Assembly: GCA_965197925.1 (NCBI GenBank)
Contig: CBDAOC010000019.1
Coordinates: 416,001-480,000, forward strand
Reading direction: 5' to 3'
Source of the DNA: Nitrososphaerales archaeon
Lineage (GTDB): Archaea; Thermoproteota; Nitrososphaeria; Nitrososphaerales; UBA213
Length of the DNA stretch: 64,000 nt
The first letter of the stretch is position 1. Every line of letters starts with the position of its first letter. Made by a program: the position numbers and the translations under genes. Below are positions 53,914 through 64,000 of the stretch, one piece after another. Below the pieces are notes generated by a model, which saw only the letters and a list, made by a program, of their open reading frames with translations, searched no databases and was not told where the DNA came from.

Positions 53914-55131
53914 ATGGGTATTGTCAAGGCATTGAAGTGTAGAGAGTGCGGAAATGAATTTAATAAAAAGCTGATCTATATTTGCGAGGAATGCTTCGGC
54001 CCGCTGGAAATTATTTATGAAGACATCAAAGTTAGTCGAGAGATGTTTGCCTCAAGAGAGAAAACTTACTGGCGATATTTTGAACTTCTACCAATTCATG
54101 ATAGATCAAATATAGTGAATTTGAATGCTGGGTTCACGCCATTACAGAAGGCTGAAAGATTAGCTAGTGCGCTAGGTGTGAGAAATCTGTACATAAAAAA
54201 CGACAGCGTTAATCCGACATTCTCTTTCAAGGATAGACCAGCTGGTGTAGCGGTATCCAAAGCCAGGGAATTTAAATTAAACGCTGTTGGCTGTGCATCT
54301 ACTGGCAATCTAGCTAGTGCTACTGCTGCACATGCTGCAAAGGCAAATATGAGCTGTTATATTTTTGCACCAAGTGATATAGAACAGGCTAAGATATCAC
54401 AAAGTTTAACATATGGCGCTGAATTCATAGGTGTTGAAGGAACTTATGACGATGCTAATAGACTAGCAACACAGATTGCCGATAGCAAAGGCATAGGCAT
54501 AGCCAATGTTAATATGCGTCCTTTTTATGTAGAGGGCTCTAAAACTCTTGCATTCGAGGTGGCAGAGCAATTATCTTGGACTGTTCCTGATCATGTGGTG
54601 ATACCTGTGGCTAGTGGTGCGATGCTCCACTCAATATGTCAGGGTTTTGAAGAGTTATATGACTTGGGATTGTTGAGAGATTTCTCAAATCTGAAAGTTA
54701 CAGCAGGCCAGGGTAGGGGATGTGCTCCAATAGTCGATGCATTCAAACGAAACAATGAGGAGATCATTCCAGTAGAGCACCCTAATACAATAGCAAAAAG
54801 CTTGGCCATAGGCGATCCCGGTGATGGCTTGTATGCTTTAAGAAAAATTAAACAATATAATGGCTTTGCAGAAGATGTAACTGATAGGGAGATAATGGAC
54901 GCTGTTGTTCTGTTGGCGAAAACAGAAGGTATATTTACGGAACCTGCAGGTGGTGTTGCAGTAGCAACTTTGAAGAAACTTGTTGAAGATGGCAAGATAG
55001 AACGAAACGAATCAATAGTGTGCTATGTAACAGGTAATGGCTTGAAGGCAACAGATGCTCTAATTGATTTTATACCCAAACCAAAGATTGTCAAACCTGA
55101 TATTGCACAGGTATCAGCTATAGTAAGGTGA
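53914..55131 (+). CDS. thrC: threonine synthase-family PLP enzyme
   Basis: N-terminal CxxC pairs, NPTFSFKDR, CASTGN, TGNGLK. Confidence 0.9.
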   Translation: MGIVKALKCRECGNEFNKKLIYICEECFGPLEIIYEDIKVSREMFASREKTYWRYFELLPIHDRSNIVNLNAGFTPLQKAERLASALGVRNLYIKNDSVNPTFSFKDRPAGVAVSKAREFKLNAVGCASTGNLASATAAHAAKANMSCYIFAPSDIEQAKISQSLTYGAEFIGVEGTYDDANRLATQIADSKGIGIANVNMRPFYVEGSKTLAFEVAEQLSWTVPDHVVIPVASGAMLHSICQGFEELYDLGLLRDFSNLKVTAGQGRGCAPIVDAFKRNNEEIIPVEHPNTIAKSLAIGDPGDGLYALRKIKQYNGFAEDVTDREIMDAVVLLAKTEGIFTEPAGGVAVATLKKLVEDGKIERNESIVCYVTGNGLKATDALIDFIPKPKIVKPDIAQVSAIVR

Positions 55132-55135
55132 TGGA

Positions 55136-56455
55136 ATGGCAAAGATTGAGTTCACCATACCTTCAGTTTTGAACAAGGGAGAAGGAGAGAAGAAGGTGAG
55201 TGTAGATGTGGATACATTACAGGATGCAGTAAACTCCATAGGTTCTTTATTTGGTGAAGAATTTACGAGACGTATTCTAGATGCAAATGGGAAGCCACGG
55301 TCATTGATCAACATTTACATTAACGGAAAAAATATGCGTTTTACGGGTGGCATGACAACTTCTCTTAAGGATGGGGATCAAATAGTGATTCTACCTGCGG
55401 TTGCAGGAGGCATAGATTTCACTGACCATGAACTTGAGAGGTATTCAAGGCAGATAATGCTAGAAGGCATTGGGTATGATGGGCAAATGAAATTAAGAGA
55501 TGCCAAGGTATGCGTTATCGGTGTGGGGGGTTTGGGAACTCCTATTGTTGCTCAGTTAACAGCAATGGGTATTGGTCATTTAAGGATAATTGATAGAGAT
55601 GTTGTGGAACTATCGAATTTCCACAGGCAGACATTATACAATGATTCAGACATTGGGCAAGTAAAGGTAGAGGCAGCTGCCAAGAAGCTGAGAGCAATGA
55701 ATCCTAATGTTCATATTGAGGCAATGCCTGTTTCAATTAGTGAGCACACAGCTCTAAGAATAGTTGAAGGATGTAACGTAGTTATCGATGGCTTGGATAG
55801 CGTAATGGCAAGATATGCTATTAATGATGCATGTATTCGGTCCAAAATACCATATATTTACGGTGGTGCAATTGGATTGTTAGGATCTGCTTGCACCATA
55901 ATTCCCAACAAGACAGCATGTCTCCGTTGCATATTCCCGAGTTTGGCGGATGAAGAAATGCCTACGTGTAGCACCGAAGGAATACACCCATCGGTATTAT
56001 CAGTCATAGCTGGTACACAAGTGTCTGAAGCAGTCAAGATACTTGTAGGCCAGAAACCTCGATTGATAAATAAATTGCTTTACTTCGATTTAGCCGACTT
56101 AACTTTTGATATGATTGAGGTCAAAAGGAACGAAGAATGTAATTCTTGTGGCAGCGGCGCGGATCAAACTCATATGACTAGAGATAAAATAATGATCGAA
56201 GAATTGTGTGGTAGGGATCGTGGTAAACGAACGTATTCTATAACTCCAGCAGATTTGTTAGATGTTGATATCGAAAGTGTGTCGGATCAGGCAATAAGAA
56301 CAGGATTCAATATTGAAAGTAAGGGCGCAATGGGTGTAACACTGCGTAACACCAAGATATCATTAAGTTTGTTGAAGAGTGGTGCTGTTGTAATTGTCGG
56401 AGCGAAGGATGAGAATGATGCCCTTAGTATATTTAAAGAATTTGTGGATGTTTAA
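55136..56455 (+). CDS. MoaD/ThiS ubiquitin-like domain fused to a ThiF/MoeB E1-like adenylyltransferase
   Basis: ILPAVAGG then ERYSRQ, GVGGLG, SNFHRQ, CLRC. Confidence 0.92.
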   Translation: MAKIEFTIPSVLNKGEGEKKVSVDVDTLQDAVNSIGSLFGEEFTRRILDANGKPRSLINIYINGKNMRFTGGMTTSLKDGDQIVILPAVAGGIDFTDHELERYSRQIMLEGIGYDGQMKLRDAKVCVIGVGGLGTPIVAQLTAMGIGHLRIIDRDVVELSNFHRQTLYNDSDIGQVKVEAAAKKLRAMNPNVHIEAMPVSISEHTALRIVEGCNVVIDGLDSVMARYAINDACIRSKIPYIYGGAIGLLGSACTIIPNKTACLRCIFPSLADEEMPTCSTEGIHPSVLSVIAGTQVSEAVKILVGQKPRLINKLLYFDLADLTFDMIEVKRNEECNSCGSGADQTHMTRDKIMIEELCGRDRGKRTYSITPADLLDVDIESVSDQAIRTGFNIESKGAMGVTLRNTKISLSLLKSGAVVIVGAKDENDALSIFKEFVDV

Positions 56456-57049
56456 TTAAGATATTAATATAGTCATTTTACTTTTTATGCGAATGCCACT
56501 TTTCTATTTGTTATCTCAAGGCTTGGTCAAGATTAAGTAGAGCATAGAATGATATTATTGAAGATCCTATTATATATTAGAATTGGTGACTGATGAATAT
56601 ATAATATTGGTAAATTTGTTCATGAAAATGTTTTTGTATCTGATATTAAAGGCAGTCCAACCATATCCTTTGGTTAAGAATGCTAGGCCTAGTGAACCAC
56701 TCTGAGCATAGTACGAAGGTTATCACAACAGTGATCAACACCTACCTATATCAAAGCAATTTATCGGAGATTTAACCAAATTTTATCATTGTTCACAGGT
56801 TAATTTTCTGTCTAGAGAATAACAAAATAATGAATTATTTAAACAACCTTGAATGATATAAGTTTATCATATGAGACAAACAAATAATTGTTGATAAATA
56901 TCTAAATGGATCACCTGGACAAAGTTTGTATCGTGTATAGAACTTGATCAAAGAATACCATAGTGCTTCCCGTACTTACTTTTTTCACTAATTCTCTGAA
57001 TTAAGTGGAATAAGGTATCGTATTCATTCAAGAAAAGTTAATTACATTC

Positions 57050-57703
57050 TTGGAAGATTTAGTTCACATGGGTTCTAAACCTATGATAATTGGTGCAATA
57101 TCAATCGGTATCGCTATAGGTTATGTGGGAGGATTTCTAACTTTTTACCAAGAGTTAAGTGACGTGGAAAGTGGACGCGCCGTAATGGTAGGAAATGAAC
57201 TTGAATCTTTGAAGGGGGATCTTGAAATTGCTAATAGTAGGGTTTCTTTGCTAAATGTGGACAATGAGGAGCTACGTTCTTCCCTTTCTGAGGTAGAGGC
57301 CAGTTATGAAGTCTTAAGGAAGCAGGCTGATTCCTTACAATTCTCACTTAAAACAGATGGACCGTTCACTAGAATTGAAGAGGGAGTGATGCTTATTCGT
57401 ATGGTGACAGGAATCATGCCTTTTGAAAGTAATGAATTATCTGAATGGAGACTTTCCGTTTTGAATGATACTGCCAAACTAGATCCGACATTGGTTCCTT
57501 TAATATTAAGATTGGTTGATTCTTGGGTTGATATAGTGCAATTGGAAGAAAACGAGCCCGAACGAGGATCTACAACCTGGGCTCAGTGGAATATTGAGTG
57601 GCAGCACAAAGCATTAGAATACATCGATGCTCATAATACAGCTGTTTCTAGACTTGCGGTTGTCGTATTGAAGGAGATTGAATCGCTAAAACCTCTTATT
57701 TAG
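57050..57703 (+). CDS. membrane-anchored coiled-coil hypothetical protein
   Basis: N-terminal TM then heptad-rich segment. Confidence 0.75.
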   Translation: MEDLVHMGSKPMIIGAISIGIAIGYVGGFLTFYQELSDVESGRAVMVGNELESLKGDLEIANSRVSLLNVDNEELRSSLSEVEASYEVLRKQADSLQFSLKTDGPFTRIEEGVMLIRMVTGIMPFESNELSEWRLSVLNDTAKLDPTLVPLILRLVDSWVDIVQLEENEPERGSTTWAQWNIEWQHKALEYIDAHNTAVSRLAVVVLKEIESLKPLI

Positions 57704-58481
57704 TTCTACGTTCAGTTGCAATCATTTCAAAGAAGCCCAATCTAGTTAGTGTTAGCAACACAATTGTTATCGATATTGGCAATATTATGATAGGACCAAG
57801 CCTTATCATAAATACTACTATTGATATCAACAATACTGATAATGCTATTGCTATTGATGATGCATAGCTCAAGTCCTTGGCACTGCTTAATGCTGCAGAT
57901 GCAATTAATATAGTAATTACATACAACGGTATTGAAACGTAAACATTGTCAATCCAAGAAAGCGTAACCACAGGTATTGTCGACAAAGATATTCCAGCTG
58001 CTAATGCGAGAATTCCATGTCCAATTTTTGCTCCCGAGGCTATACTAAATCCTTCAGCAACTAATATTGAGAGAATCAAACCAAAAAAAATTGATTCTAT
58101 CACACTACTGTGTTTTACAGGTAGTAACAATATTTGACTTGAATCAACATAAACCAATAAGTATAACTGTAGTACGGCTATTATCGTTATGAGTGATGCA
58201 TACTTGCTCTGTATTGCTGGAATAATAAAACTAACATACCAAGGCTGTTTCTGCACTTTCAACAGGTCCTGCTTTTCAAAGAATTCACGACCTTGTTGGG
58301 ACAACAAATAACGCTTTTGTTCGTCCTGTATTACATATTGTTCTAATTTTGACAAATGATGGTATAGAGATCCAACACTAATTCCAGTATCATGTCTAAG
58401 ATCTTTTATTGTAATAGGCCCTTTTTTGGCAATCAACTCAAGCAGTTTTTGCCTTGGATTAGCCTCCTTGCTGATTGGCAT
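57696..58481 (-). CDS. winged-helix domain plus multi-pass membrane protein
   Basis: ITIKDLRHDTGISVGSLYHHLSKL then several TM helices. Confidence 0.85.
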   Translation of the reverse strand: MPISKEANPRQKLLELIAKKGPITIKDLRHDTGISVGSLYHHLSKLEQYVIQDEQKRYLLSQQGREFFEKQDLLKVQKQPWYVSFIIPAIQSKYASLITIIAVLQLYLLVYVDSSQILLLPVKHSSVIESIFFGLILSILVAEGFSIASGAKIGHGILALAAGISLSTIPVVTLSWIDNVYVSIPLYVITILIASAALSSAKDLSYASSIAIALSVLLISIVVFMIRLGPIIILPISITIVLLTLTRLGFFEMIATERRTK

Positions 58482-58770
58482 AAGCTACCATTCGCAATCT
58501 CTGATTAAAAATGTGTTCTAAAAAATACTAAAGATTGGATACAAATAATCCAATAACCAATAAGAGTAGATCAAAATAAATTAAGAGCCTTAATAGATAC
58601 TCCTATCACTAGCGAATATCACTTCATTTCTATCATATGTTATGAAGGGTAGTGTCAATAAATTGTGTTTACCTAGATTTTGTTACTTACTGACATTCTT
58701 TGACACATTCACAATGCAAGAAAATGTAAGAACACCCAAAAATATCACTCTATTAGTTACCAGTGATTAC

Positions 58771-59731
58771 GGCTCTGTAGAAACCATACCAAAAATACAG
58801 TTAATCTATGCATGTTGTAGGCAATTACTCTGAAGAACAGCTCCCTGTTCTGCATTCTAACAGATCTTGATAGTATATGCTCACCAAACATTCTCTTTAC
58901 CACAGACAGTATGGTTTCGTTCTTGTTACTCTGACAGTAAAGTTCCTTGTAGAATCTCCTCTCCATCTGCTTCCTGTATCTTCCATGCGTTCTCCATACT
59001 GGTACATCTCCATATCTAGCAGGGACTGCTCACAGCACCTAGATACTCTCTAACAAATTCGTGATTTGCTTCGCTATCATAGCCTTTATCAGCTGCAACT
59101 ATAGACAATAGCATTATACTTGATGCCCTTTGCAGCAATGGTGTGAAATCTATAGTATCGTGTCTTGGCCCTCTTCTTATCTTCAAAGAACATGCCAGCT
59201 GCTCTCTCACTTCAGCACCTATAGACAGCTTGATGTAACGCTTCCTTATTCCTGCTACATCAGTATAATATGATGAAGCGTTACTGGATTTGAATCCAGA
59301 CGCATCTATTCCCACAAACATCTTCCTTACCTTCGTAAGAAGGATGAATGAACTGATTATCCTGTACAGAAGCATGTCATTCATCCTTGAAGCAAACTTC
59401 TGCAGTGTTGTATAATGGGGTACTATATCTAGATGTAGAAAGATCCTCAGGTAGTATGCTTCATGCAGCCATTCCACAAACCTCCTGTAGCTCTTCCCTT
59501 CATACTGCCTTAATGCCAGAAGGATTGTATGCTGCCATACAGTGTAGATATGATTGCTCTTCTTGTGTATGTACAGGGATATCCTGGCCTTTATCAAAAC
59601 ATTGAGCATGGTTCTAGCAAGTTTGACATACCTTGACTCTTTCATGCATAGGCAGGAGTTATATGTGATACATTGATCTCATGGTGCAATTCAGTGCACA
59701 ACAGGCTAAAATCTATGGTTTCTACACAACC
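58771..59731 (-). mobile_element. IS4/IS5-type DDE element, frameshifted transposase
   Basis: TIRs GGCTCTGTAGAAACCATA / TATGGTTTCTACACAACC; IDASG, ADKGYDSE. Confidence 0.88.
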
Positions 59732-59935
59732 AATGAAGTCTTTTCTCCTATAAATATAGGGAAAACATAAAAATCCCCTCAATCTAGACATAAATAATTT
59801 CCCGCTAGGTCTTCGTTACGGGAGTTACCTGGTTAGGCCACTTTTGAAAACAGTAAACAATCGTGTTAGTATTTTGATATATAAATTGAAAGAGAATAGT
59901 AAAAATTAAATTTCCAATGATTTTACTTGATCCAA

Positions 59936-60277
59936 ATGAAAAGCGGCGAAAATGGCTTGAAGAGCTATGAAGGTAGCACAAAAAAAGTGGTTGTTTACAA
60001 TACATATGCAGATGATTATAAGATCCACTTCGACGTCTTCATCCCTACAGAAGAGAAAAGTGCGGCTAAGATTGCAAATGAAATCAACGACAGGGCTGTG
60101 GAATATGCAAAGGAGTTCCTACAACTGATAGGAAAACCATCTGAGAACGTCCAAGTCAATATGTGTGAAAGGTGTCATATTGACAACACTGATCTATATT
60201 CTAATCAACTATGGCAGCTACCTGGCAAGGAAGTATATGTTTGGCCTTTGGAAGGTTGTCCAAAACCAACACAATAA
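59936..60277 (+). CDS. DUF2024-like protein
   Basis: IHFDVFIP, AVEYAKEFL..IG, CERCH. Confidence 0.7.
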   Translation: MKSGENGLKSYEGSTKKVVVYNTYADDYKIHFDVFIPTEEKSAAKIANEINDRAVEYAKEFLQLIGKPSENVQVNMCERCHIDNTDLYSNQLWQLPGKEVYVWPLEGCPKPTQ

Positions 60278-60658
60278 TTTTTTGAGAATATATATTAAAA
60301 ATAATTATAGTTAGTGATATTATGAATTGACTACCCTATTAATTACGATGTCTGAATAACTATGGAAGAATAATCAAACAAGGAATGGTTCTTATGATCA
60401 TAGTGAATAATAAAAATAATCAGAAGAAATTTACTAGGAAATAATTGAAGGTTGCGAGTAACAAGGAGTAACGAACCAATACCAGTCGGGGAGGTTATTG
60501 ATTACTTGATGCGGGTTTTTAGATAAAAACTTCAATATTTGTTGAACCACATATGACCATCATCTATTCTTATTAGTAGAGTGGCTCATGTAAATCATTA
60601 GTTGCTTATAATATTCATATAGGATTGATGCTCGAGCTTCATAGAAGGTGATGAAGCA

Positions 60659-61549
60659 TTGAAAGCTAAATTTGATGTCGCAGTGTGGGGACAGGATATC
60701 GATACCGTGAAAGATATCTGCATTGAGTGTGAAAGACTAGGTTACAACGCTTTCTATTACGGTGAAGGACTAGGGCCAGAATGTTTTACGACTCTTGCTC
60801 ACCTGACTGGAATTACAGAGAAGATAAGGCTTGGGCCTGGTATAAGCTTCCTTTCATATAGACATCCCGTTCTTTTAGGGAAAATTGCTGCTACCTTGGA
60901 TGTTTTGAGTGGGGGAAGATTCGAACTTAGGGTGGGTGCAGGAGGCGTGCCTGGTTATGGAATAGAACGACCGCCTCCTGAAGTGCGAGTGTCCCAAATG
61001 GCAGAGGGACTACAAATTGTAAAAATGTTGTGGAAAAAAGGCAAAGCCACATTCGATGGACGTTTCTATCAGGTTGAAAATGCTGTATGCGATCCTCTTC
61101 CAGTTCAACGATCCCATCCGCCTATCACAATTGCCGCCAAAGGCACAAAAATGTTGGAGGTAACTGCTCTCCATGCAGACATTTGGGAAGGATATTTCCC
61201 ACCAGAGGTTTATGCCTCTAAAACTGCATTGCTCGATAAGCAGTGTCTATCCCTACATAGAAACCCCTCTGATCTTGAAAGGTCATTGATGCTTAGGGTA
61301 TTTATCGGAAGGAATAACGATGATGCTAAAGATAGTATGAGGCGTTACATCACTAGGCGGGGTATTTCTGAAGAACGATTAGAGCGGTCTCGAGGTAGGG
61401 ATGCAGTAGGAGAGGCATCACAGTGTGCTGAAAAGTTTTTGGAATATCTACACCTAGGTGTAAATCGATTTACACTTTTAGTTGGAGATGCAGAAAAGTT
61501 AGAATCTCTAAGGTTATTCTCCGATAAAGTTATTCCAATGTTATCATAG
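60659..61549 (+). CDS. LLM-class flavin/F420-dependent oxidoreductase
   Basis: YRHPVLLGKIAATLDVLSGGRFELRVGAG. Confidence 0.9.
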   Translation: MKAKFDVAVWGQDIDTVKDICIECERLGYNAFYYGEGLGPECFTTLAHLTGITEKIRLGPGISFLSYRHPVLLGKIAATLDVLSGGRFELRVGAGGVPGYGIERPPPEVRVSQMAEGLQIVKMLWKKGKATFDGRFYQVENAVCDPLPVQRSHPPITIAAKGTKMLEVTALHADIWEGYFPPEVYASKTALLDKQCLSLHRNPSDLERSLMLRVFIGRNNDDAKDSMRRYITRRGISEERLERSRGRDAVGEASQCAEKFLEYLHLGVNRFTLLVGDAEKLESLRLFSDKVIPMLS

Positions 61550-61564
61550 GCCGAATATGTATTT

Positions 61565-63682
61565 GAGGCAAAGTCGTAAATTAGTTCGAAACGATAAGAA
61601 CAGGTTCTAGTTTTTATTGTTGAAATTTTTATTCAGACTCTATACTTCTTCATATATTATTTTTGATTGATGTGATTCCTTGGCCAAAACTTATAGGAAA
61701 AGAAGCAGTCTTTTTACTACTCACCATAAGTAATGGTGAGATGCTTCACCGTTAGAGTGTGGCTAAGAATCCCAAGCAACAATGCTTTGCATCAATATTT
61801 TTCGTTAGATATTGTATACAACAGGAGAGTAATGAAATTATATGGGTTGGATAGGTAGTCAGACAGAAGAAATTTCGACAGAAGTTCCAAGAGCATATCA
61901 TTTTAAAGTCAAGAATAGATTTAATGGCAATCCTGTTTGTAAGAGAAGGATTGGTAGACCCAATCATTATATCTGTTGACGCTTGCTTATTGAAACCAAA
62001 GGGATGTGTATAGCACAAATTAAGCATGATGAAGAATATAATTCCACACTCTGGAATATATACAGATGCAAGATGGTGCTACAGCAAAACCAAAGGATGG
62101 ATATTTGGATACAAGCTGCATATGACATCTAGTTCAGATTCATTGATTGTACCATCGTCTGCTGAACTCACTACCATCAATATTCGTGACAATAATATCT
62201 ATCAGAGTATAACAATATCATTGCCAGAAGGAATTAGGTACGTGGCTGCAGATGAGGGATATGATAATCATGGACTAAGAGCTTATCCTAAAATTAACAT
62301 CATAGCCTAATTGTTTATACCGAAACAGATCTAGATCTGTCCTCTCTAGCTAAATTTGTGAGAAAATCAAAGAAAAAGAGCATGCCGACCATATGGCATA
62401 TACCAGACAATCTATGGGTAGAGTTCAAACTAGTGCTGCCGCCAGGGAAACCAGCAAGAACAGTTGGAAGACAGGCTGTGCCATTTAGAAAAGTATTGAA
62501 TGGAATACTGTACGTATTAAGAACTGGATGCCAGTGGAAGAAGGTATCGAAAGAATTTGGTTCTGGCTCAACTTGCCACGCAAGATTTCAGGAATGGATT
62601 GGGATAGGAGTATTCAAGAAGGTATGGAAGAGGCTGCTGGAAATATATGATGAATTGAAGGGTATAGGATGGGACTGGCAATCCATGGATAGCGTACCGA
62701 AGGCCCCATTAGGGGGAAAACGACCGGAGCAAACCCAACGGATAGAGGCAAGCTAGGTACCAAACGTCACATGCTGGTTGATAGAAGAGGTATTCCTCTC
62801 TCATCTGTAATTACTGGAGCAAATAAACACGATATGAAATCAGCCTTTCCTACAATAGATAGCATTGTTGTTGATAGGCCCAAAGTTAAACAGAACATAT
62901 GCATGAATAGGATATGATATGATTTCCCTGAGATAGAGTATGGAGTTAGGAAGGGGATATGTGGATCACATTCGTCGTAAGGGTGAAGTGTTGAAAAAGA
63001 ATTTGTACAAAGCAAAGAGATGGGTTGTAGAAAGAACCGCATCTTGGCATAACAGGTTCAGAAAGTTATTGGTAAGGTTCGAGAAGAAGGAAAATTATCA
63101 GGCGCTAGTAGAATTTGCTAACTGCCTAATAGTGTATAGAGCGATATATTGGTAGTGTCATAAACACGTTAATGCAACTGTTTCTAGTATCTACTATCTA
63201 CAATACTAATAAAATCAATAGTAAGAAAACTAAACCCGACAGTTTGAACTAATATTCTTGCATTCTAAATGTTATCATTTCTACCAATCGTTAACTATCG
63301 GCTAGAATTTTAGGATAGGCTCTAAATCAGTTCAGCAAGTAAAGTATTCCTTCTTGCCTCCCTATAGAAAGTTATGGACATACAAAGTATGATAGAATAG
63401 CATTAATATGATTCTATCAATCTAAAATTGGGTAGTATGTATATTGGCAAAGCATTAGCGTTGAGCTATTGATAGAGTAGATAAAGGATGTATTTGACAG
63501 ACCCAATATCAGATAGAGAATTTGATAAAGCTAGGGGCATCGTTCTGATTTCTATATTGCTACGTAAGCTGACGGTATATTTCAACTGCTTAACAGGAGG
63601 CCTTAAGGGCATAGATGTACACGCTGGGAAGTTAAAGAAGTAATTTCAAAATATTATTATTATTGACTTATGTCCAAGCCTC
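61565..63682 (+). mobile_element. DDE_Tnp_1-type IS copy 3, decayed, interrupted by IS5 copy B
   Basis: Degenerate TIRs; ADEGYDNHGL continues as NQFSK after the IS5. Confidence 0.8.
62279..63322 (+). mobile_element. IS5-family element copy B (complete ends)
   Basis: TIRs GAGCTTATCCTAAAATT / AATTTTAGGATAGGCTC; TAA duplication at 62276-62278 and 63323-63325. Confidence 0.93.
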
Positions 63683-63703
63683 AAATAATCATGCCTGACA
63701 ATA

Positions 63704-63898
63704 TTATTTGAAGGGGGTAGTATAATAAAAATCGTGATTGGATTTTCTCATCCCAATGTTAATCTTCTGCTTCTGGGTCAAAGTATTGCATGAGGGACAT
63801 CTATTGCCTTTAGAACTGTAGAATGTTGCTGACCAGTAACATGATGGGCACAATAGAAAACAAGTCAACCTCCTTCTGCTGGTAGTAATATTAATCAA
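63704..63898 (-). CDS. small zinc-ribbon protein
   Basis: CFLLCPSCYWSA...CPSC. Confidence 0.55.
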   Translation of the reverse strand: MINITTSRRRLTCFLLCPSCYWSATFYSSKGNRCPSCNTLTQKQKINIGMRKSNHDFYYTTPFK

Positions 63899-64000
63899 TA
63901 CAGATCCCTCTACCTCAATTTCTCCTCAATTTGAGCTCGAAGGATTTCCCGTAACCTATTACGTATAGGATCTACCCCTCTCTTATACAGGTATAGTGCT

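Noticed and set aside
18937..55314. Numerous short antisense ORFs over his, trp, pyrG, thrS and thrC
   Set aside because: Shadows of well-supported genes on the opposite strand.
63955..63969. CCTATTACGTATAGG resembling the ISL2-like TIR
   Set aside because: Short imperfect match at the window edge with no transposase sequence in view.
1..64000. tRNA, rRNA or riboswitch
   Set aside because: No cloverleaf or rRNA-like GC-rich segment recognised by eye; tRNAscan-SE or Infernal would be decisive.

Overview
AT-rich archaeal chromosome segment, most likely Nitrososphaerota/Thaumarchaeota. This is inferred from cbiD, cofE, archaeal-type thrS, rps26e, HMG-CoA reductase, a PEFG-CTERM-like protein and the his/trp gene context. 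Housekeeping genes (his, trp, pyrG, thrS, thrC-like, Ubl-E1) are broken up by many mostly decayed IS elements of at least seven types; exchanged target-site duplications point to IS-mediated inversions. The main discovery is a small tyrosine-recombinase integrative element present in two diverged copies. Copy 1 (2977-12853, about 9.9 kb) is bounded by a TCTAGA direct repeat and sits in a palindrome inside an IS5 element, which itself splits a cupredoxin-domain gene; all junctions can be rebuilt from the sequence. Copy 2 (40382-44649) is left-truncated by an IS but ends at the same TCTAGA. The conserved core has a covarying palindromic terminal region, a viral-type P-loop ATPase operon, a swappable divergent RHH regulator pair, a zinc-finger microprotein and an atypical integrase, but no recognisable capsid or Rep. 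Family names come from reading motifs by eye, not from database searches.
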